DNA of 61,562 nt, the filler included. It is 7 parts of 7 records of this genome, joined end to end, with 100 filler letters (N's around TTAATTAATTAA, not from the genome) between each part and the next. Parts side by side here need not be neighbours in the genome. Positions count along the whole stretch, not along the records: positions 1 to 13,491 come from SRR31147125_15091; 6 more parts are not named here. One strand, given 5' to 3'. How positions within the stretch are numbered: position 1 is the first letter of the stretch; the number at the start of each line of letters is the position of its first letter. This document shows positions 1 through 9,443 of this stretch, in pieces. Both the position numbers and the translations under genes were made by a program. The notes below the pieces were generated by a model. It did no database searches. It had not been told where the DNA came from and saw nothing but the letters and a program-made list of their open reading frames with translations.

Positions 1-1279
1 TTTTCCTTCTGTACGAGCAAAAGCCGGCGGTTATTATGGTATGATTGTGTGTAGGACATCAAAAAATCAAAATATTCAAGATCCCCAAAATATGAAATCA
101 AGCATTCGCATGAGATTTCAGTTTACCAGTGTTGTAATGGCGATAATAAAAGGGAGTAATGTGCAGGCGAATATCATTCCAGAAGCTCCAACAATTTTCA
201 GTGGTGATCGTACAAGTAAACATCGTAGAGATTGGTATGTTGAAATTCCAGTGAGAAATGACGGAAATATTCATGTTGTCCTGAGTGGCGAAGTCCGACT
301 TTTAAGTGAGATAGGACATCAAATTACGAGGTTGGATTTAGTGTCAGGTCGGGGATATTTATTACCGAATAAAAAAAGAACATTTAAAGCAGTTGGGCTA
401 GGACCTTTACCGGATGGAGTTTATATCGCTGCTATTCGAATAGGACAGTCAGATATAAAAAAATATGCAACTGAGCGTATCCCTTTTTATATTTTGAAAG
501 GACAGGTTTTTCCAGGTTCACCTAATGAGGATGTATCAAATTCTTTAGCTACTACCAGTCAGGGATTTATTTTAAATAAACCTTTCCTGAATCTTGAAGC
601 AATTCCTGGTGGTCGTCAATTCAATGCAATCCAAATATCAAATATTACAAGTCATCCCATTGCTTTGACTTCCAAAAAAATTACGTGGAATCATGATATG
701 GATGGAAATATTATTCTGTCCGAAAAAAAACATCAAAATAAACAATTAAAAAATAATATTATAGTCACTCCTGACAGTTTCAAAATAGGTGCCGGGAAAA
801 AAAGAAATGTAAAATTCAATATAAAGTTACCCAAAGAATCAAATGGAGAATATTATGATGCTATTCTCTTTAATCGAATAGGCACACCCTCACCGGAAAG
901 TACGGATTTGTTGTTAACACAAACAGTATTACTTTCAACAAGAGCTAAAGGTACAGAAAAAGTCAGATGTGAAATTCAAGACTTTGCTGTTAAACAGATA
1001 ACATCAAAAGGTTTTATTTTCACTATTATTGTAAAAAATTCTGGTAATGTTAAATTATTCCTTGAGGGTAGAATTAGTGTTTTCGACAGTAAGAACCAAA
1101 AGATCGATAAAACATTAGAAGTTGGAGGAAGTGCTTTCGTCTTACCGAATATGCAGAGAAGGCTTGAAGTAGAGTTGGAAAGACTTTTGCCTAAAGGAGG
1201 ATACAGAGCTGAGCTGGCTATTGAATATTATACAGGGCAACAAACATTGAAAAAAATATTAGAGTTCACATCTCAATAG
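1..1279 (+). CDS. 5'-truncated protein with two tandem PapD/DUF916-DUF3324-like (chaperone-type Ig) modules
   Basis: Frame is open from position 2 (FPSVRAKAGGYYGMIVC). Internal duplication: GGYYGMIV..VRNDGNIH..GEVRL..GYLLPNKKR..LPDGVY versus GEYYDAIL..VKNSGNVK..GRISV..AFVLPNMQR..LPKGGY. Family assigned from motif recall. Confidence 0.6.
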   Translation, partial: FPSVRAKAGGYYGMIVCRTSKNQNIQDPQNMKSSIRMRFQFTSVVMAIIKGSNVQANIIPEAPTIFSGDRTSKHRRDWYVEIPVRNDGNIHVVLSGEVRLLSEIGHQITRLDLVSGRGYLLPNKKRTFKAVGLGPLPDGVYIAAIRIGQSDIKKYATERIPFYILKGQVFPGSPNEDVSNSLATTSQGFILNKPFLNLEAIPGGRQFNAIQISNITSHPIALTSKKITWNHDMDGNIILSEKKHQNKQLKNNIIVTPDSFKIGAGKKRNVKFNIKLPKESNGEYYDAILFNRIGTPSPESTDLLLTQTVLLSTRAKGTEKVRCEIQDFAVKQITSKGFIFTIIVKNSGNVKLFLEGRISVFDSKNQKIDKTLEVGGSAFVLPNMQRRLEVELERLLPKGGYRAELAIEYYTGQQTLKKILEFTSQ

Positions 1280-1347
1280 TAGTGCTCCTAAATTGAATAG
1301 ATATAAAAGAATAAATATATGGTGAAACATATGGGAAGGAGAAGCAG

Positions 1348-2697
1348 GTGAAAATTGAACAATGGCATGGAATGGCTCATAAAACAGGTCTGTGCTTACT
1401 TTTTCTGTTTTGTATTTCTTTAAATATCTGGGCTGGTGAAACAGATTCCACACAAACGCATTCAACTGTTGAGACGATCCTGGTTGCGGCAAATGAGATG
1501 CCTGCGGTTGGTAATGCTTCAACTCCTTCCGGCGCAAGACGAACAATAAGAAAAGATTTTGGTCCATTAGTCTCAAATGTTTTTTTTGAAACCGATCTGC
1601 GTCAGGCTCTGCAGGATCTGGCCAGTCAGGCTGAAATGGCCATTCTGTCCGATAACACCGTACAAGGTCTGGTAACCCTTGAATTTAATGACGTACCGCT
1701 GGAAAAAATACTCAAAAAGATATTGTCCCCCGGTGGTTATGTATTCAAAAAAATAGACGATTATTACCTCGTCGGTACCGCCTTGCCGGATAATCCTTCT
1801 TTTCATCTGTTCACAGATACAGAATATTTTTCTCCAAATTATTTACTTGCCGAGCAGATTCCACAATTACTACCGGACTTTTATTTGCCTTACATTCGGG
1901 TGAATGACAAGACAAATTCCATTGCCATCACTGCCCCGATTGAGATTATGGATAAAATAAAATCCAATATTCGTAAAATCGATATAGCACCGAAGCAAAT
2001 ATCCATAGAGGCCATTGTCGCGGAAATATCAGACGATGCCAGTCGCAGCCTGGGTATTGATTGGGATTGGCTGGGTTCCGGGGAGAGAAAAGATCTCAGG
2101 ATTGGTACAAATAATAACACTATCCTGAATGATTCCAGTTTTGTGGCTAAACTTATAAAGACAGGCATCAATTACAAAGGCTTTAATTATGATGTCATCT
2201 ATTCTTTAAAGGCCATGGCTGCTGAAGGTAAAGCCAGAGTTCGGGCTAACCCCAAAATAACAGCCATAAATGGAAAGGAAGCCACCATTTTTATCGGACA
2301 GGAACAGTTTTTTTCCATTGTAACCGGCCCGGTCAATTACCCATACGCGCGGGTTGAAAGGATTCCTGTTGGTATCAGTTTGAAAATAGTACCCAGGGTA
2401 TCCTCCAGAAACGAAATCACAGTGGACATCGAAGCCGAGGTGAGTGAAGTTACGGCTGTAGGTGCATCCGGCTTACCCCTTGTCACAAAAAGAAAAGCGA
2501 GCACGAATGTAAGAGTTAAAGATGGTGAAAAAATCGCCATTGGTGGGTTGGTGCAGGAAACAGAAATCAAACAGCAAAAAAAGATTCCCCTCCTGGGTAG
2601 CATTCCCATATTGGGTTACCTCTTTAGTCATACAAGCCGACAAAAAGTTGAAAAGGAAATCGTCATTTTTATCTCACCGCATATTGTAACCGAATAG
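1348..2697 (+). CDS. Outer-membrane secretin (PilQ/GspD family), minimal N0-N3-secretin architecture
   Basis: Signal peptide; N0 (ETDLRQALQDLA..VTLEFNDVPLE); N3 (DKTNSIAITAP..IDIAPKQISIEA); secretin signatures ANPKITAINGKEA and KIPLLGSIPILGYLF; AAGGAG before the GTG start. Confidence 0.92.
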   Translation: MKIEQWHGMAHKTGLCLLFLFCISLNIWAGETDSTQTHSTVETILVAANEMPAVGNASTPSGARRTIRKDFGPLVSNVFFETDLRQALQDLASQAEMAILSDNTVQGLVTLEFNDVPLEKILKKILSPGGYVFKKIDDYYLVGTALPDNPSFHLFTDTEYFSPNYLLAEQIPQLLPDFYLPYIRVNDKTNSIAITAPIEIMDKIKSNIRKIDIAPKQISIEAIVAEISDDASRSLGIDWDWLGSGERKDLRIGTNNNTILNDSSFVAKLIKTGINYKGFNYDVIYSLKAMAAEGKARVRANPKITAINGKEATIFIGQEQFFSIVTGPVNYPYARVERIPVGISLKIVPRVSSRNEITVDIEAEVSEVTAVGASGLPLVTKRKASTNVRVKDGEKIAIGGLVQETEIKQQKKIPLLGSIPILGYLFSHTSRQKVEKEIVIFISPHIVTE

Positions 2698-2827
2698 ACC
2701 TTGTTGCGATCATTAAAATGCTGCCCTGTTTGAAAATAGCATATCGAATGCTGGTTTCAATAAACATGCGTAATGGTCAAATGAATTTTAGACAACCAGG
2801 CTTAAAAAATAAAATATTGATAGTTGG

Positions 2828-2867
2828 TTGCGACCAGGTGTTGCCTGGATCGCAAAGTTTTCTTTTT
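2828..2867 (+). terminator. Probable intrinsic terminator hairpin between the secretin and S8 genes
   Basis: TTGCGACCAGG-TGTTG-CCTGGATCGCAA followed by AGTTTTCTTTTT. Confidence 0.5.
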
Positions 2868-2887
2868 AACTGAATAAATCAGGCGAT

Positions 2888-5800
2888 ATGAATAAATACT
2901 GTAGAATATCTGGTTCAAATTTAGATATATCAACTTTTATTATTATTTTTTGTGTTCTTGTGTTTTCGACTATATTACTGGCGGCAAATAGCGTTAAAAA
3001 TACAACAGGCAAAATAGCTCAGCGTGAGATCAATCTGAAATTAAATAGTAATCCGGATAATTCACAATTTTATAATAAAACCATTATTGTTAAATTTAAA
3101 AACCAACAATTTGAGAATTCCAATAGCAACAGTCTTTACTCATCCTCCATCGTGAATTTATCACAAAAACATCAGGTAACCTCTATAAAAAAGGTATTTC
3201 CTCTTGTCGAAAAATCTGTTTTAAAGCGAGTGGATATATTAAAAAGAATTTATATTGTCACATATGCAAGTGAAAAAAATCCCATGGATGTGGCAGCTGA
3301 ATTTGCCCGGGATGCACATATTGAATATGCCGAACCAAAATATCTGGCTAAAATTTATGATATACCAAATGATTCACTCTATTTGTCCATGCCACAGTTT
3401 GAGCAAATAGAGGCACCTCAGGCATGGGAGATGTATAAAGGGAACAAGGAGATCGTTATTGCCATTGTAGATGGCGGACCTGATTGGAGACATGAAGATC
3501 TGAAAGATAATGTGTGGAGCAACCCGAATGAGGTAGAAAATAACGGTATTGATGACGATAGAAACGGCTATATTGATGATATACATGGATGGAATTATGC
3601 ATCCAATTCAGCGGATCCAACCGGGCTTGATGACGCACCCCATAACAAACGACATGCCACTCATGTGGCTGGCATAGCGTGTAGCGTGACAAATAACAGG
3701 ATAGGACTATCCAGTATTAGCTGGAATTGCCAATTCATGCCGATCAATGTCTCGGCGACTATAAAAGATGAAATCATTCAATATGGATATGAAGGAATTG
3801 TATATGCCGTTGAAAATGGCGCGGATATTGTAAACTGCAGTTGGGGCCGTGATGGTCCATCCTCCGGGTTTGAACAGGATGTTATCGATTTTGCTTATGA
3901 GAACAATGTCCTCCTGGTATGCGCGGCAGGAAACGGTGGAATGGATGGACGCGGGGATAATAATGATGAGCGACCGCAGTATCCGACCAATTATGAGCAC
4001 GTCCTTTCAGTCGGCTCCACAAATTATCAGGATGAACTTGCATCCTATTCAAATTATGGTATTACTGTTGATGTGTTTGCACCCGGGGACAGTATCCTCA
4101 GTACAGTCCCTGGAAATGGGTATGATTATTTATCCGGAACCTCCATGGCAACTCCTCTGGTATCAGGCCTTTCAGGTTTACTTAAATCCTCCTTGCCGAA
4201 TTTGTCTGTTGATGAGCTGAGAGAGCAGATCCGGGTTAGTTGCGATAATATCGATGACATGAATCCCTTTTATGCAGGATTACCAGGTAAAGGACGCGTG
4301 AATGTCTTCAAATCTCTGACTGAAAAAAATATACCGTCTATTCGAATCGTCAAGGTGGAATATACCAATGCCGCAGGCGATACCATTATTAACAGGGGAG
4401 ATATCACGGACCTGAAAGTGTATTTTACCAATTATCTGGCACATGCCAGCAATATCCAGGTTAATCTGGAAACAGATGACAGGTATGTCCAGTTGATTAA
4501 GGAAAGTGATTTTATATCCGAGTTTAAAAAGCAAGATACCTTATCGGTCACTTTTCAAATCAGGGTGCCGGAATTTATCCGGGATGGCTATGTTTGTGAT
4601 TTTTTTACAAATATTTCAACCAGTAATTATTCCGATCGGGATGTTTTTCACATTGTTGTCAATCCTCCAACATTTTTGACGCATGATAATGGTGTATTAC
4701 AAACATCAATTACCAGTCAGGGGAATATTGGATTTATTCATTTTGCGGACGATTCACCGGGCCAGGGTTTCAGGTTTAATGGCAGAAATCTCCTTTTTGA
4801 AGGCGGCCTGATGGTTGGTAATGGTGTTCGAACGGTCTCTGATTGCATAAGAGGGGATGATGATGAGGTTCAGGATGATGATTTTTGCCTTGTGTCAGAA
4901 GAAGAATTTATTATTAAATCACCGGGAGAACAATCAACTGAGGAGGGATTTTTATCCTTAACAGATAAAATGACCTTTATTCCGCTCGGACTTGTGGTGA
5001 AACAGCACAGCTACTCATTTACAGAGTCACCCTATACAGATTTTGTCATCTTTACATATGATATTCAAAATTCCGGTTTTATAACTCGTGATAGTCTTTT
5101 CGTTGGATTATACATCGACTATGATATAAATACCAGTATGTCAGACTATGTGCACTTTGACGAATCAAGAAAAATGGGAATTATTCGAAATAAATCAATA
5201 AATCCGGATGCTCTTGCTGCTGTAAAGCTGTTAACACCTGTTTCGGATATGAGCTTTCGAGCCATTCATAATCCGGCTGAACTATACGACGGCTTTAGTG
5301 ATGAAGAAAAATGGCAATTTTTAAGTGGTGGATTACAAACAACGTCGGTTGACAGCACTGACGTATCCATGTTGTTGGGCACCGGGCCCTTTACACTTGA
5401 ACCAAATGATTCGAGGCAAGTTTGCTTTGCATTATTGGCTGGCTCATCAATGGATGAATTACTAAATAGTGCGGATGCGGCTGACAAGTTGTGGAATACA
5501 GCACTGACTGTCGAGTTGCGCTCATTTACGGCTTTTATTGAGCAGGATAAAGTGAAATTAGTGTGGAATACTCTTTCAGAAAACAGTAATTATGGTTTTG
5601 AAGTTCAGAGGAGTCAGGATGGAAAAAACTTTGAGGTTATTGGTTTCGTAAAAGGTGGTGGAACTCAACAAAGCGAGCAGTCTTACACCTATTATGATAC
5701 AAATATTCCTCCGGATACGCTCTATTACAGGTTAAAACAAATCGATCAAAATGGTATTTTTCATTATTTTGATCCGGTTAAAATAGTTGCCAGTGCTCCC

Positions 5801-6079
5801 AAAAATTTCAAGCTCTATCAGAATTACCCGAATCCATTTAATGCATCTACTGTTTTTCGCTATGAACTGCCGCAGAAAACCACTGTCAATATGACCATAT
5901 TTAATATTAAAGGTGAAAAAGTACGCACTCTTTTTAATGTCAAAAAAGACCCCGGTTTTTATGAAACACAATGGGATGGAAGAGACGATTCCGGCAAAAT
6001 GGTGAGTAGTGGCATTTATTTCTGTTCTTTCAAAACCGATTCTTTTTCAGATAACAAACGAATTCTTGTTATGAAATAG
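2888..6079 (+). CDS. S8 subtilisin-like serine peptidase with C-terminal FlgD-Ig/T9SS type A-like sorting domain
   Basis: Catalytic triad IAIVDGG, HATHVAG, SGTSMATP; AAGN oxyanion motif; NNGIDDDRNGYIDDIHGWN insert; C-terminal QNYPNPFN..WDGRD..SSGIYF. Confidence 0.95.
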   Translation: MNKYCRISGSNLDISTFIIIFCVLVFSTILLAANSVKNTTGKIAQREINLKLNSNPDNSQFYNKTIIVKFKNQQFENSNSNSLYSSSIVNLSQKHQVTSIKKVFPLVEKSVLKRVDILKRIYIVTYASEKNPMDVAAEFARDAHIEYAEPKYLAKIYDIPNDSLYLSMPQFEQIEAPQAWEMYKGNKEIVIAIVDGGPDWRHEDLKDNVWSNPNEVENNGIDDDRNGYIDDIHGWNYASNSADPTGLDDAPHNKRHATHVAGIACSVTNNRIGLSSISWNCQFMPINVSATIKDEIIQYGYEGIVYAVENGADIVNCSWGRDGPSSGFEQDVIDFAYENNVLLVCAAGNGGMDGRGDNNDERPQYPTNYEHVLSVGSTNYQDELASYSNYGITVDVFAPGDSILSTVPGNGYDYLSGTSMATPLVSGLSGLLKSSLPNLSVDELREQIRVSCDNIDDMNPFYAGLPGKGRVNVFKSLTEKNIPSIRIVKVEYTNAAGDTIINRGDITDLKVYFTNYLAHASNIQVNLETDDRYVQLIKESDFISEFKKQDTLSVTFQIRVPEFIRDGYVCDFFTNISTSNYSDRDVFHIVVNPPTFLTHDNGVLQTSITSQGNIGFIHFADDSPGQGFRFNGRNLLFEGGLMVGNGVRTVSDCIRGDDDEVQDDDFCLVSEEEFIIKSPGEQSTEEGFLSLTDKMTFIPLGLVVKQHSYSFTESPYTDFVIFTYDIQNSGFITRDSLFVGLYIDYDINTSMSDYVHFDESRKMGIIRNKSINPDALAAVKLLTPVSDMSFRAIHNPAELYDGFSDEEKWQFLSGGLQTTSVDSTDVSMLLGTGPFTLEPNDSRQVCFALLAGSSMDELLNSADAADKLWNTALTVELRSFTAFIEQDKVKLVWNTLSENSNYGFEVQRSQDGKNFEVIGFVKGGGTQQSEQSYTYYDTNIPPDTLYYRLKQIDQNGIFHYFDPVKIVASAPKNFKLYQNYPNPFNASTVFRYELPQKTTVNMTIFNIKGEKVRTLFNVKKDPGFYETQWDGRDDSGKMVSSGIYFCSFKTDSFSDNKRILVMK

Positions 6080-6151
6080 ATTTTTTTAAAGACTTAAATT
6101 TTTCCAGGGAAAGTTTTTTAACGCTTTCTGAGATCGATTTTGGGTTCTATT

Positions 6152-7180
6152 TCACTTACCCCCAAAATGATCCCACCCCTTCGCTTCCAAAGCGGATCGT
6201 TTACAGTGATCATCCACAAGACAAACGCCATTTTCCGGGTTTTTGATAAGTCCTATTTCTGTCAAGGCAACACTGGTATTTTTTGCAATTTTCTGAAGAA
6301 CTGAAATGGGTGTTTCCTGTTTTATCGTAAACAATAACTCATAATCCTCGCCGCCATAAAGTGCCAGGTCGGAAAAAGGTGTACTGCAGAAAGAGCTTAT
6401 TTCTGAGCTTTCCTTTGGTTTAGGAAGATTCTCTAAATATATGTCCGCACCAACATGACTTTTTTCACAAATATGCCCTAAATCACTTGCAAGCCCATCG
6501 CTGATGTCAATCATGGAGGTCACAAAACCGGATCGGGTCAGTTGTTGACCGGCTTTGATTCTGGGCGTGGGCTGTAAATGAGCCTTTACAAAAAAAGAGA
6601 GGTGTTCCGGATAGTCTCGACCCATTTTTTGCAGAATCTGATATCCTGCTCCAGCTACACCAGGATGGCCTGTTACAACTATTTTATCACCAACTTTTGC
6701 TTTGGAGCGTGTCAAAAGACAGGATGGTTTTACCTCACCTAACATGGTTATATCGATGACCAGTTTATCCGCTTTTGACAGATTACCGCCAATGATGAAT
6801 GCGTGGTAAGGAGCCAGTTCATCGCGCATACCCTCGATTATTGCATCAAAACAGGAAGCAGGTGTAGAATCCGGCATACCTATGGAGACAAGCGCATAGG
6901 TTGGATCTCCTCCCATGGCAGCTATGTCACTCAGGTTCACAGCCATAACACGGTGCCCGAGTTGAAGAGGCGAAATATAATCGAGATTAAAATGCTGATC
7001 TTCTACCTGCATATCACAAGTGGCCAGCAGGATCTTGTTGTTACTTATTCTGATGGCGGCGCAGTCATCCCCGGGGCCTAACAAGAGATCTTTTTTATCT
7101 ATATCCGGGAGTAAGTCCTCAATCCGATTTATAAGCGTGAATTCACCCATGTTTTTAACTGTTTTCCGGGAAACAGACAT
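6152..7180 (-). CDS. thiL: Thiamine-monophosphate kinase
   Basis: MGEFTLI, GPGDDCA, NLSDIAAMGG, IDISDGLASDL and GGEDYELLFT motifs. Start may be 7192, 7180 or 7150. Confidence 0.95.
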   Translation of the reverse strand: MSVSRKTVKNMGEFTLINRIEDLLPDIDKKDLLLGPGDDCAAIRISNNKILLATCDMQVEDQHFNLDYISPLQLGHRVMAVNLSDIAAMGGDPTYALVSIGMPDSTPASCFDAIIEGMRDELAPYHAFIIGGNLSKADKLVIDITMLGEVKPSCLLTRSKAKVGDKIVVTGHPGVAGAGYQILQKMGRDYPEHLSFFVKAHLQPTPRIKAGQQLTRSGFVTSMIDISDGLASDLGHICEKSHVGADIYLENLPKPKESSEISSFCSTPFSDLALYGGEDYELLFTIKQETPISVLQKIAKNTSVALTEIGLIKNPENGVCLVDDHCKRSALEAKGWDHFGGK

Positions 7181-7510
7181 ATTCGTCCTCATTATTGTTG
7201 GTATGGTAAAGATGTTTTCGTACGTCAGTAAATATATCTGGTAATTTACATTGAAAATTCCTGAAATAATACTATATTTTTAAAAGTTATTATTTTCATT
7301 GGACAAAGATGATAAAATACTGAATGCAAGTCTGATGAACCGGCCATGAAAAAAATGTCCGATCCCCACCAGATTTTTTCCAAAACCAGGGCAAAGCTCA
7401 AAAAGGCTGTATCTTCTGGAATGTAAAATGATTTTACCATCTTCCTCAGGTTGTCAATGAATATTTATTATATGAATAACGACCTTTATCCATAATACGC
7501 GCAGGAGTTT

Positions 7511-7891
7511 ATGATGATTCACTTGGACGGTTCGAATTGGTATTATTTTGCAATATTGGGACTTGTTGCCGGAACAATTAGCGGCGCATTGGGTGTTGGA
7601 GCTGGTATTATTCTTGTCCCTGCTCTGGTTATAATAATGGGAGCGGCACAAAAAGAAGCTCAGGGCACAGCACTTGTTGTTATGATCGCTATGGCTTTGA
7701 TGGGCTCCATCAGATATTATCTCAACCCGGATATAAAATTCTATTTTTGGGGTATTTTTGCGCTTTCTATTTTTGCCGTGATAGGTTCAAATATCGGTAG
7801 TAGTATTGCCTTTGCTTTGCCAGGCGCTGTATTGAGAAGAATATTTGCTGTATTTATCATAATTGTTGGAGTCAGGATGTTGTTCAAATAG
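7511..7891 (+). CDS. Half-size TSUP/TauE/SafE-family membrane transporter
   Basis: GLVAGTISGALGVGAGIILVP..QKEAQGTAL motif; 4 hydrophobic helices; AGGAG RBS. Confidence 0.85.
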   Translation: MMIHLDGSNWYYFAILGLVAGTISGALGVGAGIILVPALVIIMGAAQKEAQGTALVVMIAMALMGSIRYYLNPDIKFYFWGIFALSIFAVIGSNIGSSIAFALPGAVLRRIFAVFIIIVGVRMLFK

Positions 7892-7931
7892 CCAATCCTG
7901 ATGAATTTATTGTCAAGACGTGAGGAAGTCA

Positions 7932-9404
7932 ATGTTCAGAGTCACATCTCGATATGTATGGATTTGTTTGATAATAATCACTCTCTTTTTAATAAACTGT
8001 GATAAAAAAGAGCAAAATTCTTTTTTATTTTTCTATTGTGCCGCAGGTATGAAACCAGCTGTTTCTGAAATCACCAAAGAATATACTGAAAAATACGGTA
8101 TAGACATTCAGGTGCAATATGGTGGATCCGGAACCCTGTTGTCAAACATTCGCCTTGCCAATAGAGGTGATCTTTATTTAGCTGCAGACCAAAGCTATAT
8201 TAACAATGCCAGAGAATATGATGTCATTGACGAGGAGCAGCCCATTGCCTATTTAAAACCCGTTATTGGTGTGAAAAAAGGCAATCCCAAAGGGATTTAT
8301 TCATTAAAAGATCTGCAACGACCGGATGTGTCCCTTGCCATTGGAAATCCGGACGCAGCCAGTATCGGCCGGCTAACCAAAAAAATGTTGACTGAAACAG
8401 CAAACTGGGAAGCCATCCGTAAGAGTGTCAAAGTTCTCAAACCTACCGTAAATGACGTTGCCAATGATATTAAAATCGGATCTGTGGATGCCGGCATTAT
8501 CTGGGATGCCACAGGTAATCAATATCCGGATATTGAGAATATTTTTATACCGGAATTTGAGAAATATCGAAAACAGGTAACCATAGCTGTTTTAAAAACA
8601 TGTGAAAATCCGGCGCAGACATTGAGATTTATCCGGTATTTGTCAGCCAGGGACAAAGGTCTGAAAACGTTTGAAAGGTTGGGCTATAAACCGGTAGATG
8701 GTGATGTATGGCAGGAAAAGCCCAGGGTTTTATTTTACAGTGGCGGCGTGAATCGTTTAGCTGTTGAAGAGCGGATCCGGGCATTTGAGGAGCGCGAAGG
8801 TGTTGAGGTAACCCGGGTTTATAATGGTTGTGGTATTCTGGTATCACAGATTAAGGCAGGACAAAGACCGGATGCTTATTTGACCTGTGATGTGTCTTTT
8901 ATGGATCAGGTACTGGAGCAGTTCCGGGATATTCAAAATGTGTCGAGCACGAGAATCGTAATTTTGACAGAAAAAGAAAACAGTAAGAATATACACACAC
9001 TGGAAGATTTAACCCAAAAAGGTTTAAAAATAGGTGTTTGTAATCAACAACAAAGCGCCCTGGGTGCGCTAACTGCCAATATGCTTAAACAATGCGGTTT
9101 TTATGAGAAAATCATGCCCAATGTCAGGTCGCAGACACCCACAGCCGACCTGCTCGTCAATCAGATGAGAACGGGGTCTCTGGACGCCGTGATTGTTTAT
9201 GCAGCAAATACGACTCAGGTCGAAGATAAATTAAATATAATTCCAATCGAGCATGAGGCTGCCTTTGCCATACAAAATTACGGCATGGGAGTCCATTCCA
9301 AACACAAGTATCTGATGAAACGGTTTTTTAAATTTATAACCAATGAGGATTCCCGTAACAAGTTTGAAGCCACAGGTTTTGTTTGGGAACTGGATAAAGA
9401 ATAA
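7932..9404 (+). CDS. modA: Molybdate/tungstate ABC substrate-binding lipoprotein with two tandem ModA-like domains
   Basis: Lipobox-like FLINC. Domain 1: CAAGMK..YGGSGTLL..DLYLAAD. Domain 2: SGGVNR..YNGCGILV..DAYLTCD. Followed by modB and modC. Confidence 0.85.
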   Translation: MFRVTSRYVWICLIIITLFLINCDKKEQNSFLFFYCAAGMKPAVSEITKEYTEKYGIDIQVQYGGSGTLLSNIRLANRGDLYLAADQSYINNAREYDVIDEEQPIAYLKPVIGVKKGNPKGIYSLKDLQRPDVSLAIGNPDAASIGRLTKKMLTETANWEAIRKSVKVLKPTVNDVANDIKIGSVDAGIIWDATGNQYPDIENIFIPEFEKYRKQVTIAVLKTCENPAQTLRFIRYLSARDKGLKTFERLGYKPVDGDVWQEKPRVLFYSGGVNRLAVEERIRAFEEREGVEVTRVYNGCGILVSQIKAGQRPDAYLTCDVSFMDQVLEQFRDIQNVSSTRIVILTEKENSKNIHTLEDLTQKGLKIGVCNQQQSALGALTANMLKQCGFYEKIMPNVRSQTPTADLLVNQMRTGSLDAVIVYAANTTQVEDKLNIIPIEHEAAFAIQNYGMGVHSKHKYLMKRFFKFITNEDSRNKFEATGFVWELDKE

Positions 9405-9443
9405 AAAATGCGTTCGTATAAATAGAGATTGAACAAGCCAACC

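Noticed and set aside
6152-7180. thiL as part of a thiamine pathway with the ThiS/ThiF-like pair
   Set aside because: It is divergent and canonical, there is no thiG/thiH/thiE, and the 92-aa carrier is MoaD-sized; adjacency alone is insufficient.
7332-7352. CTGATGA..GAAA resembling a hammerhead ribozyme core
   Set aside because: The intervening ACCGGCCAT cannot form a convincing stem II, and no stems I/III were found.
7193-7510. Moco/Wco or TPP riboswitch between thiL and the mod operon
   Set aside because: No recognisable consensus (for example no TPP CTGAGA..ACCTG core) by eye; a cmscan would be needed to exclude it fully.
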